The notes under the pieces were generated by a model. It saw nothing but the letters and a program-made list of their open reading frames with translations. It searched no databases and was not told the DNA's origin. This document shows positions 1 through 12,849 of a stretch of 64,000 nucleotides of DNA, in pieces (within the stretch, counting starts at the first letter, position 1; every line of letters starts with the position of its first letter). The position numbers were made by a program, and so were the translations under genes. This DNA is from Eutreptiella sp. 'Long Island Sound 2002' (lineage: Eukaryota; Protista; Euglenida). The stretch covers positions 29,388,001-29,452,000 of the forward strand of contig OZ038378.1 of the NCBI GenBank assembly GCA_964036045.1, given 5' to 3'.

Positions 1-889
1 GATACCCCCCACTGTGGCTCCGATCCACAGGAAACTTGCCCAAAGTGGGGGGGGGCACCACACTTCCAGTTTTCCCTTCTCCCTCGGGTACTATGAGAAG
101 GAGCGCAAAGGGGGTGGGGTACGCCGGGGCGGCGGCCCATGGTGGCACTCATGTGCCTTTCTCTGGTTCTTGACTCGCCTTCCTACGAGTTGGCGAGGCT
201 GCCTCTATCCGGGTAGCGGATGTTCGGGGGGGAAGGGCCCTTGGGTTTTGAGCCACTAAGAGGGGGAAATCGGCCTCCGATGGCATAGTTGGTCTGAGTG
301 TGCCCGGTCCTCGGGGGGGGCGCCTTCGGGATTACACAAGGGGGTGGGATGGGGACGACAAGGTGGAGCCTGGGGGTCGTGGGTTTTTAAGATGGCCTTT
401 GCAGGCTTCCTCCGGGGGTCTGAATGGGAGGATGGGCGTTGGCACGGGCATCGGAGGGGGGGGGGGGGGGCGCAGCGGCATCGGCTCGCGGCCCGTCGGA
501 AGCCTAATTCTTGTTGTTTGGGTGTTGGGAAGATAAGCGTACGGCGATGGGGTACGCGAAAGACTTTCAAGACCCGAGGGTGTTGGGTGACCTCCTTTTG
601 CCGTGGCCTGGGGAGGGGGACCAACTGGAGTTCTGGGATGTGGCGGCTGGCCAGGTCGGCTGGCAGGGGTACATTTTGCGCCGTAATGACTCGGAGGAGG
701 AAAGGGAAAGGGTGGGGGGCGGACCTTAATTCACACGCCACTGCTCCCGCTAGGCGGTATCCATGCGCTGCCGGGTCAACGTGCGCGAACTCGGGCACGG
801 AAACCAGCAGGCGAAAGTGGCAGCGGTGGATCAGGGGGGGTCATCTTGTTCTGACGATGGATTGTTGTTGCCCCCCCCCCCCCCCCCCC

Positions 890-3800
890 GCGCAGAGTGC
901 CTCCGACTTGGGGATAGGGATGGCCCAAGGCGGAGCTCGATCTTTCTCTGTGCTTAGGGCCATATGCCCCCTAATCCCTCCGAGTGGGGAATGTTGACGG
1001 CCCTTGGCGGAGCTCTCTCCAAATGTCTAGCGGCAGATACACAACCCATGGTGGAGCTCTTTCACCATGCTCGGTGCCGGATACCCCCGAAACCCTCCGA
1101 GTGCGGGATAGGGACGTCCCGTGGCGGAGCTCCCTCCTTGTGCCTTCTGTTGAATACGCGTGACTCCCACCGAGTGGGGGATAGGGACGGCGGGTGGTGG
1201 ACCTCTTTCCTCGTGCCCATCGCCGCAACACCATGCGATCCTCTAATTGCCCATCGCCGCAACACCATGCGATCCTCTAATTGCGGGATAGGGATAACCC
1301 ATGGTGCGGCTGTCTCCCCACGCGCAGCTTTGGCTACACCCGACTCTCTCAAGTGGGGCATATCGAAGGCCCGTAGCAGAGCTCTCACCTCATGCCCGGT
1401 GCGGAATATAGCCGAGTGCCTCCGTGTGGCGGATAGGGACGGCCCTTGGCGGCGCTCTTTCCCCATGGCCAATGCCGTAGACCTTTGAGACCCTCCGGAT
1501 GTGAGATACGGACGACCCATGGTGGAGCTCTCTCCCCATGCCCAGCGCCGGATGCACCCGAGGCCCTCTCAATGTGGGGTAGGGACAACCCTTGGCGGAC
1601 TCTTCTTCCCAGGCCGAATGCTTGGTAGACCCGAGTCCCTCGGAGTGGGACATACAAATCGCTTGTGGCGGCGCTGTCTCCTCCATGCCTAGCGCCCAAT
1701 AGGCCCTACGTCCCTTCGATTGGTGGATACGGACGGCTTGTCGCAGTGCCTTCTCCCCATGCCTAGTGCCGGATACCCCCGGAACCCCCCGACTTGGACA
1801 GAGGGATGGCGTGTCGCGGTGCCCTTTCCCCATGCCCAGTGCCGGATACCCCGGGATCCCTCCGACTTGGAGAGAGGGTTGGTGTATCGGGGAGCTCTCA
1901 CCCCATGCCAAGCGCCCGACACCCCTGCGTCCCTCCAAGTGGGGATAGGGACGGCCGGCAGCGGTGCCCAACGGCGAATAATCATGAATCCCTCTTAGTG
2001 AGGGATATGGAGACACCCGAGTGCCTACGCGTGGAGGATAGGGACGGCCCGTGACGGAGCTCTCTCCTCATGTTGAGTGTTGGATACCCTTTAGTTTCTC
2101 TCGGTGCCCGATAGCCACGCCCCATGCCAAGCAGTGCTTTCCACCAAGTCCCTCCAAGTCCAGGATAGTGACGGCCCGTGGCGATGCTCTCTCCCCATGC
2201 CCTGTGCCGAATACCACTGAGTCCCTGTGATTGGGGGATAAGGACGGCTTGCGGTGAAGCTTTTGCCCCGTGCCCAGCGCTGGATACAACCAACTCCCTC
2301 CGAGTGGACGATATGGACGGCTCGTGGCGAAGCTCTCTACCCATGTCGAGCACCACATGTCCTAGAGTCCCTTCAAGTCGGGGACATGGATGGCCCATCA
2401 CGGAGGTCGCCCCTCATGCCCAAGGCCGGATACCCCTGAGTCCCTCCGAAGGCATGATAGGGATGGCCCACGGCGGAGCTCTCTCCCCATGGCCAGCGCC
2501 GGATACACCCAAGCCCCTCTCAGTCTGGGATGGTGGCGGCCCTTGGCGGACATTTCTTCCCATGCGCCGTGATGGATACACCCAAGTTCCTCCGATTGAG
2601 GCATAGGGACGGTCTGTGATGGTGCTCTCTCCCCATACCCCGTGCTGGATACCCCCGAGTCCCTCCAAGTGCGGGATAGCAATGGCCCTTGGCAAAGCTC
2701 TTTTCCAAAGCCCACGTGGATACACGTGAGTTCCTCCGATAGGGGGATAAAGACCCGCCGTGTAGGTGCTCTCTCCTCCCATGCCTAGCGGCGGATACGC
2801 CGGAGTCCGTTGTAGTGGGGGATAGGGACCGCCCGTCGTGGTGCCTTGTCCCCATGCCCAGTGCCAGATACCCCCGGGTCCCTCTGACTTGGAGAGAGAG
2901 GGTGGTCTGTCGGGGAGCTCTCACCCATGCGCGCTTGCCACCCCCGCGTCCCTTTGAGTGGGGATAGGGACAGCCCGCAGCGGAGCTCTTTCCCTTTGCC
3001 GGGCGCCGGATACTCCTATCTACCCTAAGTGAGTGATAGGGAAGGCTTATGGCGGAGCTTTCTCCTCATGCCTAGCCCCGGATGCACTCAGGTCCCTGTG
3101 AGATGGGGATATGGAAGGCCTATGGCAGAGCTCTCACCCCATGCTTGGTGTGGGATACCCCGAGGTCTCTCCAAGTGGGGGATAGGGATGACCCTTGGGG
3201 GAGGTCTTTGATCATACCTATCATTGCATACACCCGAGTGCCTCCGATTTGGGGATAGGGACAGCCCGTGGCGGAGCTCTCTCCCCTTGCCTAGCGCTAG
3301 ATACTCGAGAGTCCCTCCCGGCGGGGGATAGGGATTGCCCAAAGCGAGCTCTTTCCCCATGCCAAGTGCCGGGTATACCCGAGACCCTCTAAGTGTGGGG
3401 CAGGGATGGCCCTTGGGGGAGCTCTCTCCCCATTCGTAGCGCCGGATGCCCCCGAGCCCCTTAGAGTGGGGGATAGGGATGGTCTGTGGTGGAGCTCTTT
3501 CTCCATGACGGACGCTCGATACACACAAGGCCCTCTGAGTGGCGGCTAGGGACGTCTTGTGGCTGAGGTCCGTCCCCATGCCCAGTGCATGATAGCCCCA
3601 AGGCCCTTTGTGTTGGGGATAGGGACCGCCCATGGCGGAGCTCCTGCCCCTTGTCTAGCGCCGCATACACCCGAGTTCCTCCAAGTGCGGGATAGGGACA
3701 GCCCTTGGCGGAGCTCTTTCCCCATGCCCAACACTAGATACCACCCATTCCTTCTAAGTGGGGGATAGGAATGGCCTGTGGTGGAGCTCTTTCCCTGTCC

Positions 3801-3995
3801 TCAGCCCGGGACTCCCAGTCCCTTACGAGTGGGGGATACGGACGGCCCGTGGTGGAGCTCTTTCCCCGTCCTCAGCCCCGGACTCCCAGTCCCTCTAAGT
3901 GGGGGATAGGGACGGGCTGTGGCGGAGCTCTCTCCCCATGCCCAGCGCCGGATACACCCCGAGTCCCTCCGAGTGGGGGATAGGGACGGCCCGCC
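890..3995. repeat. ~73-bp tandem satellite, about 42 degenerate copies
   Basis: Recurrent unit CCCGAGTCCCTCCGAGTGGGGGATAGGGACGGCCCGTGGCGGAGCTCTCTCCCCATGCCCAGCGCCGGATAC. The G-core recurs at 3687, 3760, 3831, 3901 and 3975 (70-74 bp spacing). Many SacI (GAGCTC) sites. Confidence 0.9.
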
Positions 3996-4009
3996 ACGTT
4001 GCTCACGTA

Positions 4010-4095
4010 GGGTATTGTATGTAGGGTGTTGTTTGTACTGGTTTTGTATGTAGTGTGTTGTATGTAGTGTGTTGTATGTAGTGTGTTGTATGCTA
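4010..4095. repeat. 14-bp minisatellite (TAGTGTGTTGTATG)n at the end of the satellite
   Basis: Three to four direct copies read directly from the sequence. Confidence 0.8.
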
Positions 4096-5284
4096 GTGTA
4101 CATAGTACTTGGATTTCATTTTGGAAGCTGTGGCTAGGTGCCGCAAGTGCGCCTCAAGCGGGTCATTAGGGTGCATGCTTTGAGCGTTGTGAGGCCCTAC
4201 CCCTTTGGTTTCCGCAATTCTGATACCCTCAAGTGCCCCAATTGTTTCATGACGCACACACTGCGTCCAGTATGCCCCCCCAATTGGATGTAATAAATCG
4301 GACAAGGTTCTGGTGGAGTTACCGATTTGGCAAACATACCAGCTCGCCGGCTGGCGGGCCAACTGTCTGGTTCATTCTTGCAATGCTCCATACCAACAAC
4401 CCCCCGCTTCTGTTTAATTGTGCACACGAGAAAGGGTTCTGTAGTCTTTAGACACGGTCAACCACATGTAGACATGGCTTGCTAGTTATAGACAATGCCG
4501 GCATGTTGTAGACGCGAAGTGCCAATATTTGGGAAGGGGGGCCCCTTCCCCCCATAACAGTCTGTGTTTATCAGTCCTCACTTCCATGTCACTCAAGCAA
4601 GCAAAGCAAGCGAGGAAGGTGCATAGTTTTAGGTCTTGAGCCAGGGGCCCCCTTCCCCCAAATGGTCCGCTTAAAGTGTTTACCCGTTTAAACATCCATG
4701 TCTCTTGAGCGAATCAGGAAGATTGAGCAAGCAAAGCAAGCGAGGAAAGTGGACCCGAAGACCATGTCTAATCTAATCTAGTGAGCTCCCCCTGCACCCC
4801 CCCTCACACCCCACCCCCTCCCAAACCAAGTCAGATGGGCCTAGATAGGGGCCCTCCACCACCAAGGATGGCCACCCCAAGGCAAAGGTGCTGCTTGGAT
4901 TGCCACACCAGTGCAAGGCCAAATGGAAGAAATAGGGGATGCTAGTCACGGTCTCTGGGATGCCAGTCACGGTCTCCTGGATAGCTTGACTTCCACACGG
5001 CAGGGTGGGGGTCTCCTGCATGCTCGGCTCTGTCTCACGGAGGTATGCGTGGCCCAGAACCTGGTGTCTTAGCTCATTGAACTATGGCTGTGTATGAGTG
5101 GGATAGCCAAATCGGATGGTCCATGGAATTCATTATCATGAGAGGTCTTGTGGACTAGCACGGGTTACCCCTCAGAGTGCCCTAACATGCTTAGAGCTTG
5201 TGGATGCTGAAGAGGAGTATGTGGCCGGTGGGTCATCTGGTACACAAGCTGCCCCATTAACACCCTGCTCGCAAGGCATCCACC

Positions 5285-6565
5285 TTGGCAGTTATCAATG
5301 GAGCCCTTGCCCCGTTAGCGGCAACTGTGCGCTCAAAGAGCAAGTTGGTAAACAATGTTCACCTAATGTGTAGTGACGGTCCCTGCCCCGATGCCTCACG
5401 AATCCGAAGAGGCAGCCGCAACGCAGTGAGATGCGTCGTGGCGCTTGCCGGGTACTCGGTACAAGGACTTCATCCACACCCATACCCATACCCCTCCTAA
5501 ATGGCCTGAACGCTGGTAACAGCCAAGAAGAAACCAATAGTTGTGCTGCAAAAGGCGAGGTGGCCCGAAGAGGTGTTTGGAGACTAGTGTGTGTTGTGCC
5601 CTCGCTGTGAGCTGTGCGTAGGTTTGTCCACATTGGGGTTCGACTGTTGGGTTTCCCTCAAGTAGTGTGTGTGTGTGTGTGTGTGTTTGTGTGTCTGTGT
5701 GTGTGTGTGTTTGACCTGGGAGAAAATAATCGGTGCCGAGCAGTGGGCACTGTGTGGGTCCGTCAGGGTTGTATCCCCATGGGCGGCCCTTTCAGTGCCC
5801 AAGCTGCGGACCTCCACAGTTTGTGGAGGGTGTACCGGCATAGGCACTTATTCTGCAGGTTGGGGTCTCTGATTGTCTCGGATGCTGGGTTTCCAAACTG
5901 GGTGGGAAGGCACACTGTGGCAATGGTGCAGTTCAGGGACAATAAACTCGTGGCCATGGACCCCCCACCCCCCGCCACGAGTTTGCAGACGTGGTAGATT
6001 TGGTGCGGAGCATACTCCAAGAGGCATGGAGCCTCCTTGTGGTATGTGATTGTATCGCGGACACACAGGTCACATGCACTGGAGCCTGCTGTGGTCCCGT
6101 GTGTAAAGCCATGGGTGTGGTCCTAGTCCGATCGAGAACACGTTCAGGTATGGCTTTCATTGAACCCTCAAGTGTCACTAGCCTCCCCCCCCCCTTGCTG
6201 AGCCGGCACTCCAAATACACTGGGTACTTGGGGTCTATATCACGGGGGTCCTGAAGAATGGCCTTCCTTTTTCTGCCGCATGGGCCTCCCAGCTTATCAG
6301 CGCTGCCGCATGGCTCAATGTTGCCATGCTTTCTGGATATGGAAGGGGGGAAGCGATGCGGGCCATGCATAAAGGTGTGTACCGTGCGTATGCTATGACG
6401 CCGCATGATGTACAAGCGACAGTAAAAGCAGTGCATAGCCTGAGTTACCACCTCCCCACGTCCAGAGCCCGCGCGGCTCATGTGCTGGCTGGTTGGCTCC
6501 GTAAACACGCGTACCGGCTTGAGACTCAATATAGTAGCTGGTACCAGGCGCGGTCCGGGGGATAA
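5285..6565 (+). mobile_element. Degenerate Penelope-like retroelement reverse transcriptase
   Basis: GCIPMGGPFSAQAADL (~5767-5815) resembles the PLE G.PMGSP.S motif. QFRDN(K)LVA (~5929-5955) sits at the YxDD position. Thumb-like region follows (AWLNVAMLSGY...HLP). Frameshifted and interrupted by (GT)n at ~5664-5710. Confidence 0.65.
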
Positions 6566-7306
6566 CGGGGGTCTGGGACCGAGATTTTGCAGGCAGATTA
6601 TGCTTCATTGCAGGATTGGACGATGACAGGGCACTGGGGAAGGCGTGTGTGTGACGCCCCGGTCACGGGACGGTCTTGTTGCTCTGCATGTATCTCTCCT
6701 CCCCCTGAACAGAGATTTGGGTAAATCGTGGGTATGTCACTCGCCCGGGGCTGTAAGAGTTCATGGTTCTGCTGACATGAGGAAGTCCTGCCCTGGGACC
6801 GTGGTAGTAACAAGAACGGCAGAACCGGGCTCTTCTGTGGTGGTGCGAGGGATGGGCAGGGTCCTGACTCTCCCTGATACTCGGGTTTGGAGGGGCTGGG
6901 CAGCCTTGTTTTTTTGCCTGCAGGCCTCTGGCTGAGATCGCTGCCAGAGGCTGTACCCGACTTCAGGATGGAGGAATTGGACCGACTGCCTCTGCTCTTC
7001 GCACTACAGAAAGGCGCCTAGTGCAGGCGGGACATGACTGTGCTTTTGTTCTGCTTTGCACCTGACGAGATCTAGTACACTCAGGCCACCTTTTGCTGTG
7101 CCCTGTTTGTTGCGTCGGCCATGTGTGTGTGTGTGTGCGCGCGCGCTTGCGTGCAACGTCTGGCCGACCCCCTCCCCCTTGTTGTGACCTCGCCTCATGC
7201 TGCTTCGCAGCCCTGCGCTTGGTAAAATTGGGGTTCGGTGCCCTTGGAACTTGAGCCTGCCTCTGAATGGGGGCGTCACAGGGTCTGTTACGCTCTCTCA
7301 ATACAG

Positions 7307-7420
7307 GACCCTTTGCGCACTACACCTCTTCTAGTGCGCTCTGGCTGTCGTTGCTGTTGCTCGTTGTTGCCACAGCAGCTCGCCTGCTACCCTGGCGTTC
7401 GACTGCGGCGCTGAGCAACA
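7307..7420 (+). CDS. Host TraB/GumN-like gene, first recoverable exon (hydrophobic stop-transfer-like segment)
   Basis: ctctctcaatacAG acceptor and GTgagc donor; phase 1-1; encodes GPFAHYTSSSALWLSLLLLVVATAARLLPWRSTAALS and joins the 8362 exon in frame. An alternative acceptor at 7281 is possible. Confidence 0.6.
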
Positions 7421-8361
7421 GTGAGCTTTCATTGCCAGACTGGACCATGGCTGCCTTTGTGGGCCAGAATGGTGTGTATTGTGGATATGCGCCCATGTGC
7501 ATGCGGTTGTGCACAAGTCACTGAACCGACAGCCGATCCCTATGGTCCACCAGTGCAGCTTGCTGGCCTTGCTGTGTTTTGCACATATGACTGGCCACTG
7601 GACGGTGGAATACATTGCAATTGGGCCACAATGCCGACTCTCGCCCGAATGCGCTGAGGCACCACTTAGGCAGATGCCAAACCATCAGACACACAGCACA
7701 AGGTGCCCCCACAAACATGCTGGGCAGACCACCAAACGAGATTTGTAGTTGCATTCCAGGTCTGGTCTAGAGCAAAAACAGATGCACTAGGGTGGGCCCA
7801 TTTTGTGAGGTCTAGCCCTGCGTAGGGCTGGCTGTGGGCGCGGTGAACGCTGCAGATCGGGGAGAGCGGACAAATTGATGGAAGATGCAGCAGATCCAGA
7901 ACGGACAAAATGTGTGGCTCAATGTGAACAAGAATGGGGAATCAGCCCATGGGACACCTCATGGCAAGCGAATTCGAAGGAAGTGGGATTGGATAACTTC
8001 GAAGGGCTGTTACACCATTTTCCTTCGATGCGGTGGTGCATGACCGCCATGCTGTAGAATGGCTCTGTGTTATGGGGAATGACGTGCTTTGATCAAGAAA
8101 GTAGACATGTGCAGGCGTTGGAGTCCATGGTTTTTTTCCTGGGCTGTTCAGTAGTCTTCCCCTGGCTTCTCAGCTGAAATGCTCTCCCACGCCCTGCTGT
8201 GGAGTGCAATGTGATGTGCCACAGTGCATTGCGCTTCAATTGGGGCGTGTGAAGTCGGTATCGCCCCGTTATCAATTGTTGTTGACGTGTCCAATGATGC
8301 ATTTGCACACATTTGGCCGCATTCTCAGTCTCTGATGCCCCTGTGCTCCGGTTGTCCGCAG

Positions 8362-8489
8362 ATGAAGGGAAAGGCAAGTCGCAGGACTTGGGCTCAGACT
8401 ACCGCGAGCGGCTCGGCAAGCTCAATGCCAGGAAGGAGCAGATGAAGCGCACCCCTGAGGAAGTGAGGCGGGAGGTGCAGGAGCGGATG
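8362..8489 (+). CDS. Host TraB/GumN-like gene, exon (charged linker)
   Basis: ttgtccgcAG acceptor and GTatgt donor; phase 1-0; EGKGKSQDLGSDYRERLGKLNARKEQMKRTPEEVRREVQERM. Confidence 0.75.
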
Positions 8490-10279
8490 GTATGTGGAGC
8501 TGTGTGACGATCATATGCGTCATGGTCTACCCCAGGGAGTCTCAGTGGCAGAGGTCAAGGACGAAAGATGCCGGCAGGTACTTGAGAGTGCTTTTTGTTA
8601 TAGCTGCATCAGGCGGGTCCTTTAACGTCGCAATATTGTTGTAGTGTTCAGGAAGGGAAGTAAGTAAAGGACCGCCCCTTCAGGACACTCTCTGGGCAGG
8701 CGACCAGTGGAGTAACAGGTGTTTACTGCACAGGCTCCAACAAGTGCGTTTCTTACATCTACTTCGTACACCGGAGGCACACAAAGCGTGAAGCCAGCTC
8801 CATCCCCCAACTCGGACACGGAGGATTGCTGCTCCTGTCGCCTGCCCCGTGTGGCATGGTGGTGTACTACACGAGCCCCCACAGTAGTGTACAGAAGAAG
8901 CCCCACTGCCCACTGCCCCCTACAGTGTGGCAGTGGGGAGTGGGGCTCCTGAACACTGCCGCACGGGGCATTGGGCAATCGGGCTCCTTCCGTACCATGC
9001 TGCACTGCACCAGGTAATGGACCGTAGGGCTCCTTCCGTGCACTGCCGCACAGGGGCTAGCGGGAAGTGGGGCTCCTTTGGTGCACGCAGGGCGAGACAA
9101 GTACTGTTGCAGAAGTTCTGTGAGGGTTATGTCACAATTGTTTGCGGGCTGGTCAAGACTTTTGTGAGAGGTGTCTGAGGGGTGTCTGATGAGGGATGTG
9201 CCATGGTCAACGAAGCTTGTAAAATGCCTTGGATACGTTTCGGGTCGGGCGTTCTTCGAACCTTTGTAATCGCTTGCACCATCTTCAATCCTCATCTGTC
9301 TCATCCGAGTTGCCCCACTGTGGTTAGCCTCCCCATCCCCTCAGTGCTCAATCCATTCTGCTGATAGAAGCTGTGACAGAAGCACAGGTTGCTTTGTTCC
9401 TCGGTTACAGTTTCGGCTACAGTGAGATATGCGATGGCACTCAGTGGTAATTATGGTGCTCATAAGACTGGAATATGAATCTTCTCACACACGACCTAGT
9501 GGTGAATTATCTCTCTGCAAAGATGGTCTTTGATTCGGGCAGTGAGAATAATCATTTCATTTCAATACCCGGCGGTGTAGGCTTAAAGTGGCCGTTAGCT
9601 CATGCTGCATCCCGCGTTGCACAACATTTCAGTCGTGCATCTGCTGTGTGTGGGCTGTGCACAGACTTTGCAAAGCCTGTGTTGCGGTTGCGAAAGGGTT
9701 GCCAATGATTCTGTTCTGCAATAAACACATTGTGGCGGCCTTCTGCTCTAGCGCCTGCGCACGCTGCCAGGAGTTACCTGCAAAGCAGTCGGATGCTACT
9801 ACACAAGACGTTGAAAGGCACCGAGAGCCACTGGTGTGTGCACTGGTGTGTATGGGCATGTCTCTCCATGTTAATCAGCTGCCACTCACGTGGCTCTGGG
9901 GCACTTTGAATCATCTGCTACCGTACCAGGCATGTCGCCAATGGGCAGAAGCAACAGCTCAGTTCATATCTCAACGCCAGCGATGGCGGTTGACCGGGGG
10001 CCTTCAGCAGTTAACCGGCGGTGTTTGTGGCTGTCCATATAGGCCCTGTTTAGTGCGAGGATTTTCCGCATTTGTGTCCATGCTTTGGAAAGGCGTGGCT
10101 TGCAGACCGGTACCCAGTGATATTTGGCCACATCGTCATTGCCACAGCGGTGCTGTAGGGTAGCACTTCATGCATTTCAGCCGAGCCAGTTCTTGCAGGG
10201 GCCCTGGCAGCTACAGGCAGCGCCCAGAGTGAGACCCATGTCATTGGTATCAGAGGGCGTGTGTTTTTGTGTGTGCGTG

Positions 10280-10318
<39 letters not shown>

Positions 10319-10319
10319 C

Positions 10320-10800
10320 ACCACTACCCCCGATTCCCTCTCCCGCCAAATTGTGCAGATGGTGTGTGATATATTGAGCGAGGCCTGGCATCTGGATGTT
10401 CTCTGTGACTGTGACTGCATGCGCACACCACACGACCCCTGTCTTCAGTCCTAGTCCTGCCACACCGCGTCCGTCACAGTCCTGGGGTTCAACATCGTCA
10501 GAGGGGATTTGGGTTGAGGCCTCGCGTATTTACACCCCAGTGCCCTGTCCACAAGGTGGAACCTGCGCAGCGCCCGGCCCCTCCTCTCGCCTACCAGCAG
10601 CTTTCTAGCATATTTGCTTGGCATCCTGACAGGGGCCCTAAGTAATGCCCACCCCTGGGCCACCACATGGGGAGGGGAGTATTGCTGTCCGCATGGGTTC
10701 AAGTGGCCATGTTGAGTGGGTATTCCACACGCACCATCACATACCCATATAGCATTCACAATCACCTCCCCATGCCTCTTGTCTTTTTGCGCCGCTTGGC
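10320..10800 (+). mobile_element. Second, diverged Penelope-like RT C-terminal fragment
   Basis: PDSLSRQIVQMVCDILSEAWHLDVLCDC and WVQVAMLSGY...HLP parallel SILQEAWSLLVVCDC and WLNVAMLSGY...HLP of the 5285-6565 copy. Confidence 0.55.
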
Positions 10801-12012
10801 TAGTGAAACATGCCTACTAGATGAGACCATCCTACAGCAGCTGGCAATTGTCCCCGGAGGTCTCCCCAGATGGCACCACAGGGTTTTGGTGTGCCGATTG
10901 GTCGACCCTCGAAGCCCAGGGAAACGCAATGCACCAACGGTACCACGTTTGTCCCCAGTGGGAGTTTGTGTGTGTGTGAGCGGGTGTCTCCAATTCCTGT
11001 TAACAATACAGAGTAGACATGATAGCAGCGGTGTGTGCTTTAACATCTCTTACAATCATGGGCTAGGGAGGGTCTATCGTGACAAGTCTAATCGCACTGA
11101 GATGTTAGGGTAGCTGCTTCAGAAAGGACCTTGCCAACTTTTTCATCCATGGCTTGATGAATTTGTTTCGGTGACTAGTGCTTTTGCCATCGCGCTGTTT
11201 TGCCTTCATTGACGTTGTGCAACCGCATTTGGTGTTCCCGGTCTGTGTAGGCGCAGGGTGGCAAGCGCGTACTTTAGGGCCACTAGTGCCCCATGGCAAA
11301 AAGCAAAACGCATGAGGATAGGACCAAATTTCCTTTTGTGGATTTTTTCTCCGGTTGCAACCCCCTGACCGGCAACACAACAGAGGAGAACCCAACGAGA
11401 TGTGCACACGGGATCTGGGGCAAAGTCTCCCTGCAACCTGGGGGCCATGAACCCAAAGACAGCCAGTGAAATGGGACGGGCCAAAGCCGTCAACGTTGGC
11501 CTTGCCCTCCCTGCCTTGGCCCCACTCCCCTCCTGTCACCCCGTCACTATCCTGTCACCCTTCACCTGCCTCCCGGTCGAGTATTGGAACCCATCACCCC
11601 TGAGCCTTCAGGTTTTTATGTCAACCCCAAAATCTCTACGAGGTGCGCTGCACCCCGACTTACCGACAGGCAGCCAACGCCGCAGGTCAACAGGGAGACA
11701 GGACACCACCCAGTGGCCTCCCGCTAGACGGGCCCCACGTACCACATGCGCCTTTTCTCTGCCTTTGCTTTGCACCCCGCCTCTTGTGCTTTTGCCTGTG
11801 TCCTGAGTTGCCCGCTCTCGCCAGTGCTCATGCCCTCCTCACGGCGCAACTCAGGCCGCCCATTAAGTAGAAGGGACGTGATGCGCCATTTCGCAGCCCG
11901 GCCCCCAGTAAAATGGGGGTCCGTTGCATGCCTCTGCCCTGGATGGGAGTCCCGGAAATGGTTAGTGGCGATCGCAGGTGGTTTCCGTTGGCATTCGTGG
12001 CACTCTTGTGTG

Positions 12013-12060
<48 letters not shown>

Positions 12061-12562
12061 TGTGTGTGTGAAGGGGGGTAAAACGGAAGGGGAGTCCAGG
12101 AACACATTGACTATTGCAACACGTATTGCAATGTTGGCAGGAGAACAAGACACATGGGAGTACGTGGGGTTGGGTTGGGTTGAGCGACACGGGTGGTGTT
12201 GGCAGTCAAGGGCTCCCATGGTTCTGGCCCGGGACTGCCGGGCACGACCGGTGTTTGATTTTTGACAGCCCCTTGACACAGCCCAATGCGATCGAGCAGG
12301 GGACACTGTGTGCATGTGGACTCATGGGTGGTTGGGCTGTTCTTGTCAGGACATGGCCTAACCTGCAGGGTTGCGTGTTTCCAAGGTGGATCAGTAATTG
12401 TTCAACCCGCTGGACTGCAGGCGGGCAGACAAGCAGATAGACACAGAGACAACTGATCACGTTTTCGGGGGCTGTTGCTCCACTCCCCCCCCCCCCCAGC
12501 CTCAGCATTTATGATGCCCCCCTCCTCTGCTCTATGGTCGTCCATCTCTTCTTTCATGGCAG

Positions 12563-12684
12563 CAACAGACGCCGCCGAATGAAAAACGGAATGGCAATGC
12601 GTACAAAGGTACAGGCGATGATGAAGCGGATGTGTATGACGATGCAGTTGCTACTGCAGACACCCCGCAATCGCCAAAGAGCAG
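12563..12684 (+). CDS. Host TraB/GumN-like gene, exon (acidic low-complexity linker)
   Basis: ctcttctttcatggcAG acceptor and GTctgt donor; phase 0-2; QQTPPNEKRNGNAYKGTGDDEADVYDDAVATADTPQSPKS. It bridges the phases of the 8362 and 17075 exons exactly. Confidence 0.7.
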
Positions 12685-12849
12685 GTCTGTTCTCTGCCGC
12701 CGATTTAGTGGATGCTGACACAGGAGGATGTTACGTGCAGGGCTGGACCCCCCCCCCCCCCAGCCCCCCCCTTTAAACCCTCCGGCCTGCGCCGATGGGG
12801 AACGGCAGTTTTGCTAATGGAGAGAACAGTGGTTGTGTAAACACTTTGA

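Noticed and set aside
890-3995. CRISPR-like repeat/spacer appearance of the 73-bp and ~105-bp arrays
   Set aside because: The variable parts are homologous to each other rather than unique spacers, the repeats are degenerate, there are no cas genes and the context is eukaryotic.
6924-7030. Candidate upstream exon of the host gene (strong tttttttgcctgcAG acceptor)
   Set aside because: No GT donor joins it to the 7307 acceptor without creating a stop. It works only with a GC donor or the weaker 7281 acceptor, so it is left unresolved.
7060-9230. Hammerhead-like CTGACGA (7064) and CTGATGA (9186) near PLE relics
   Set aside because: No correctly placed GAAA or stems I/III.
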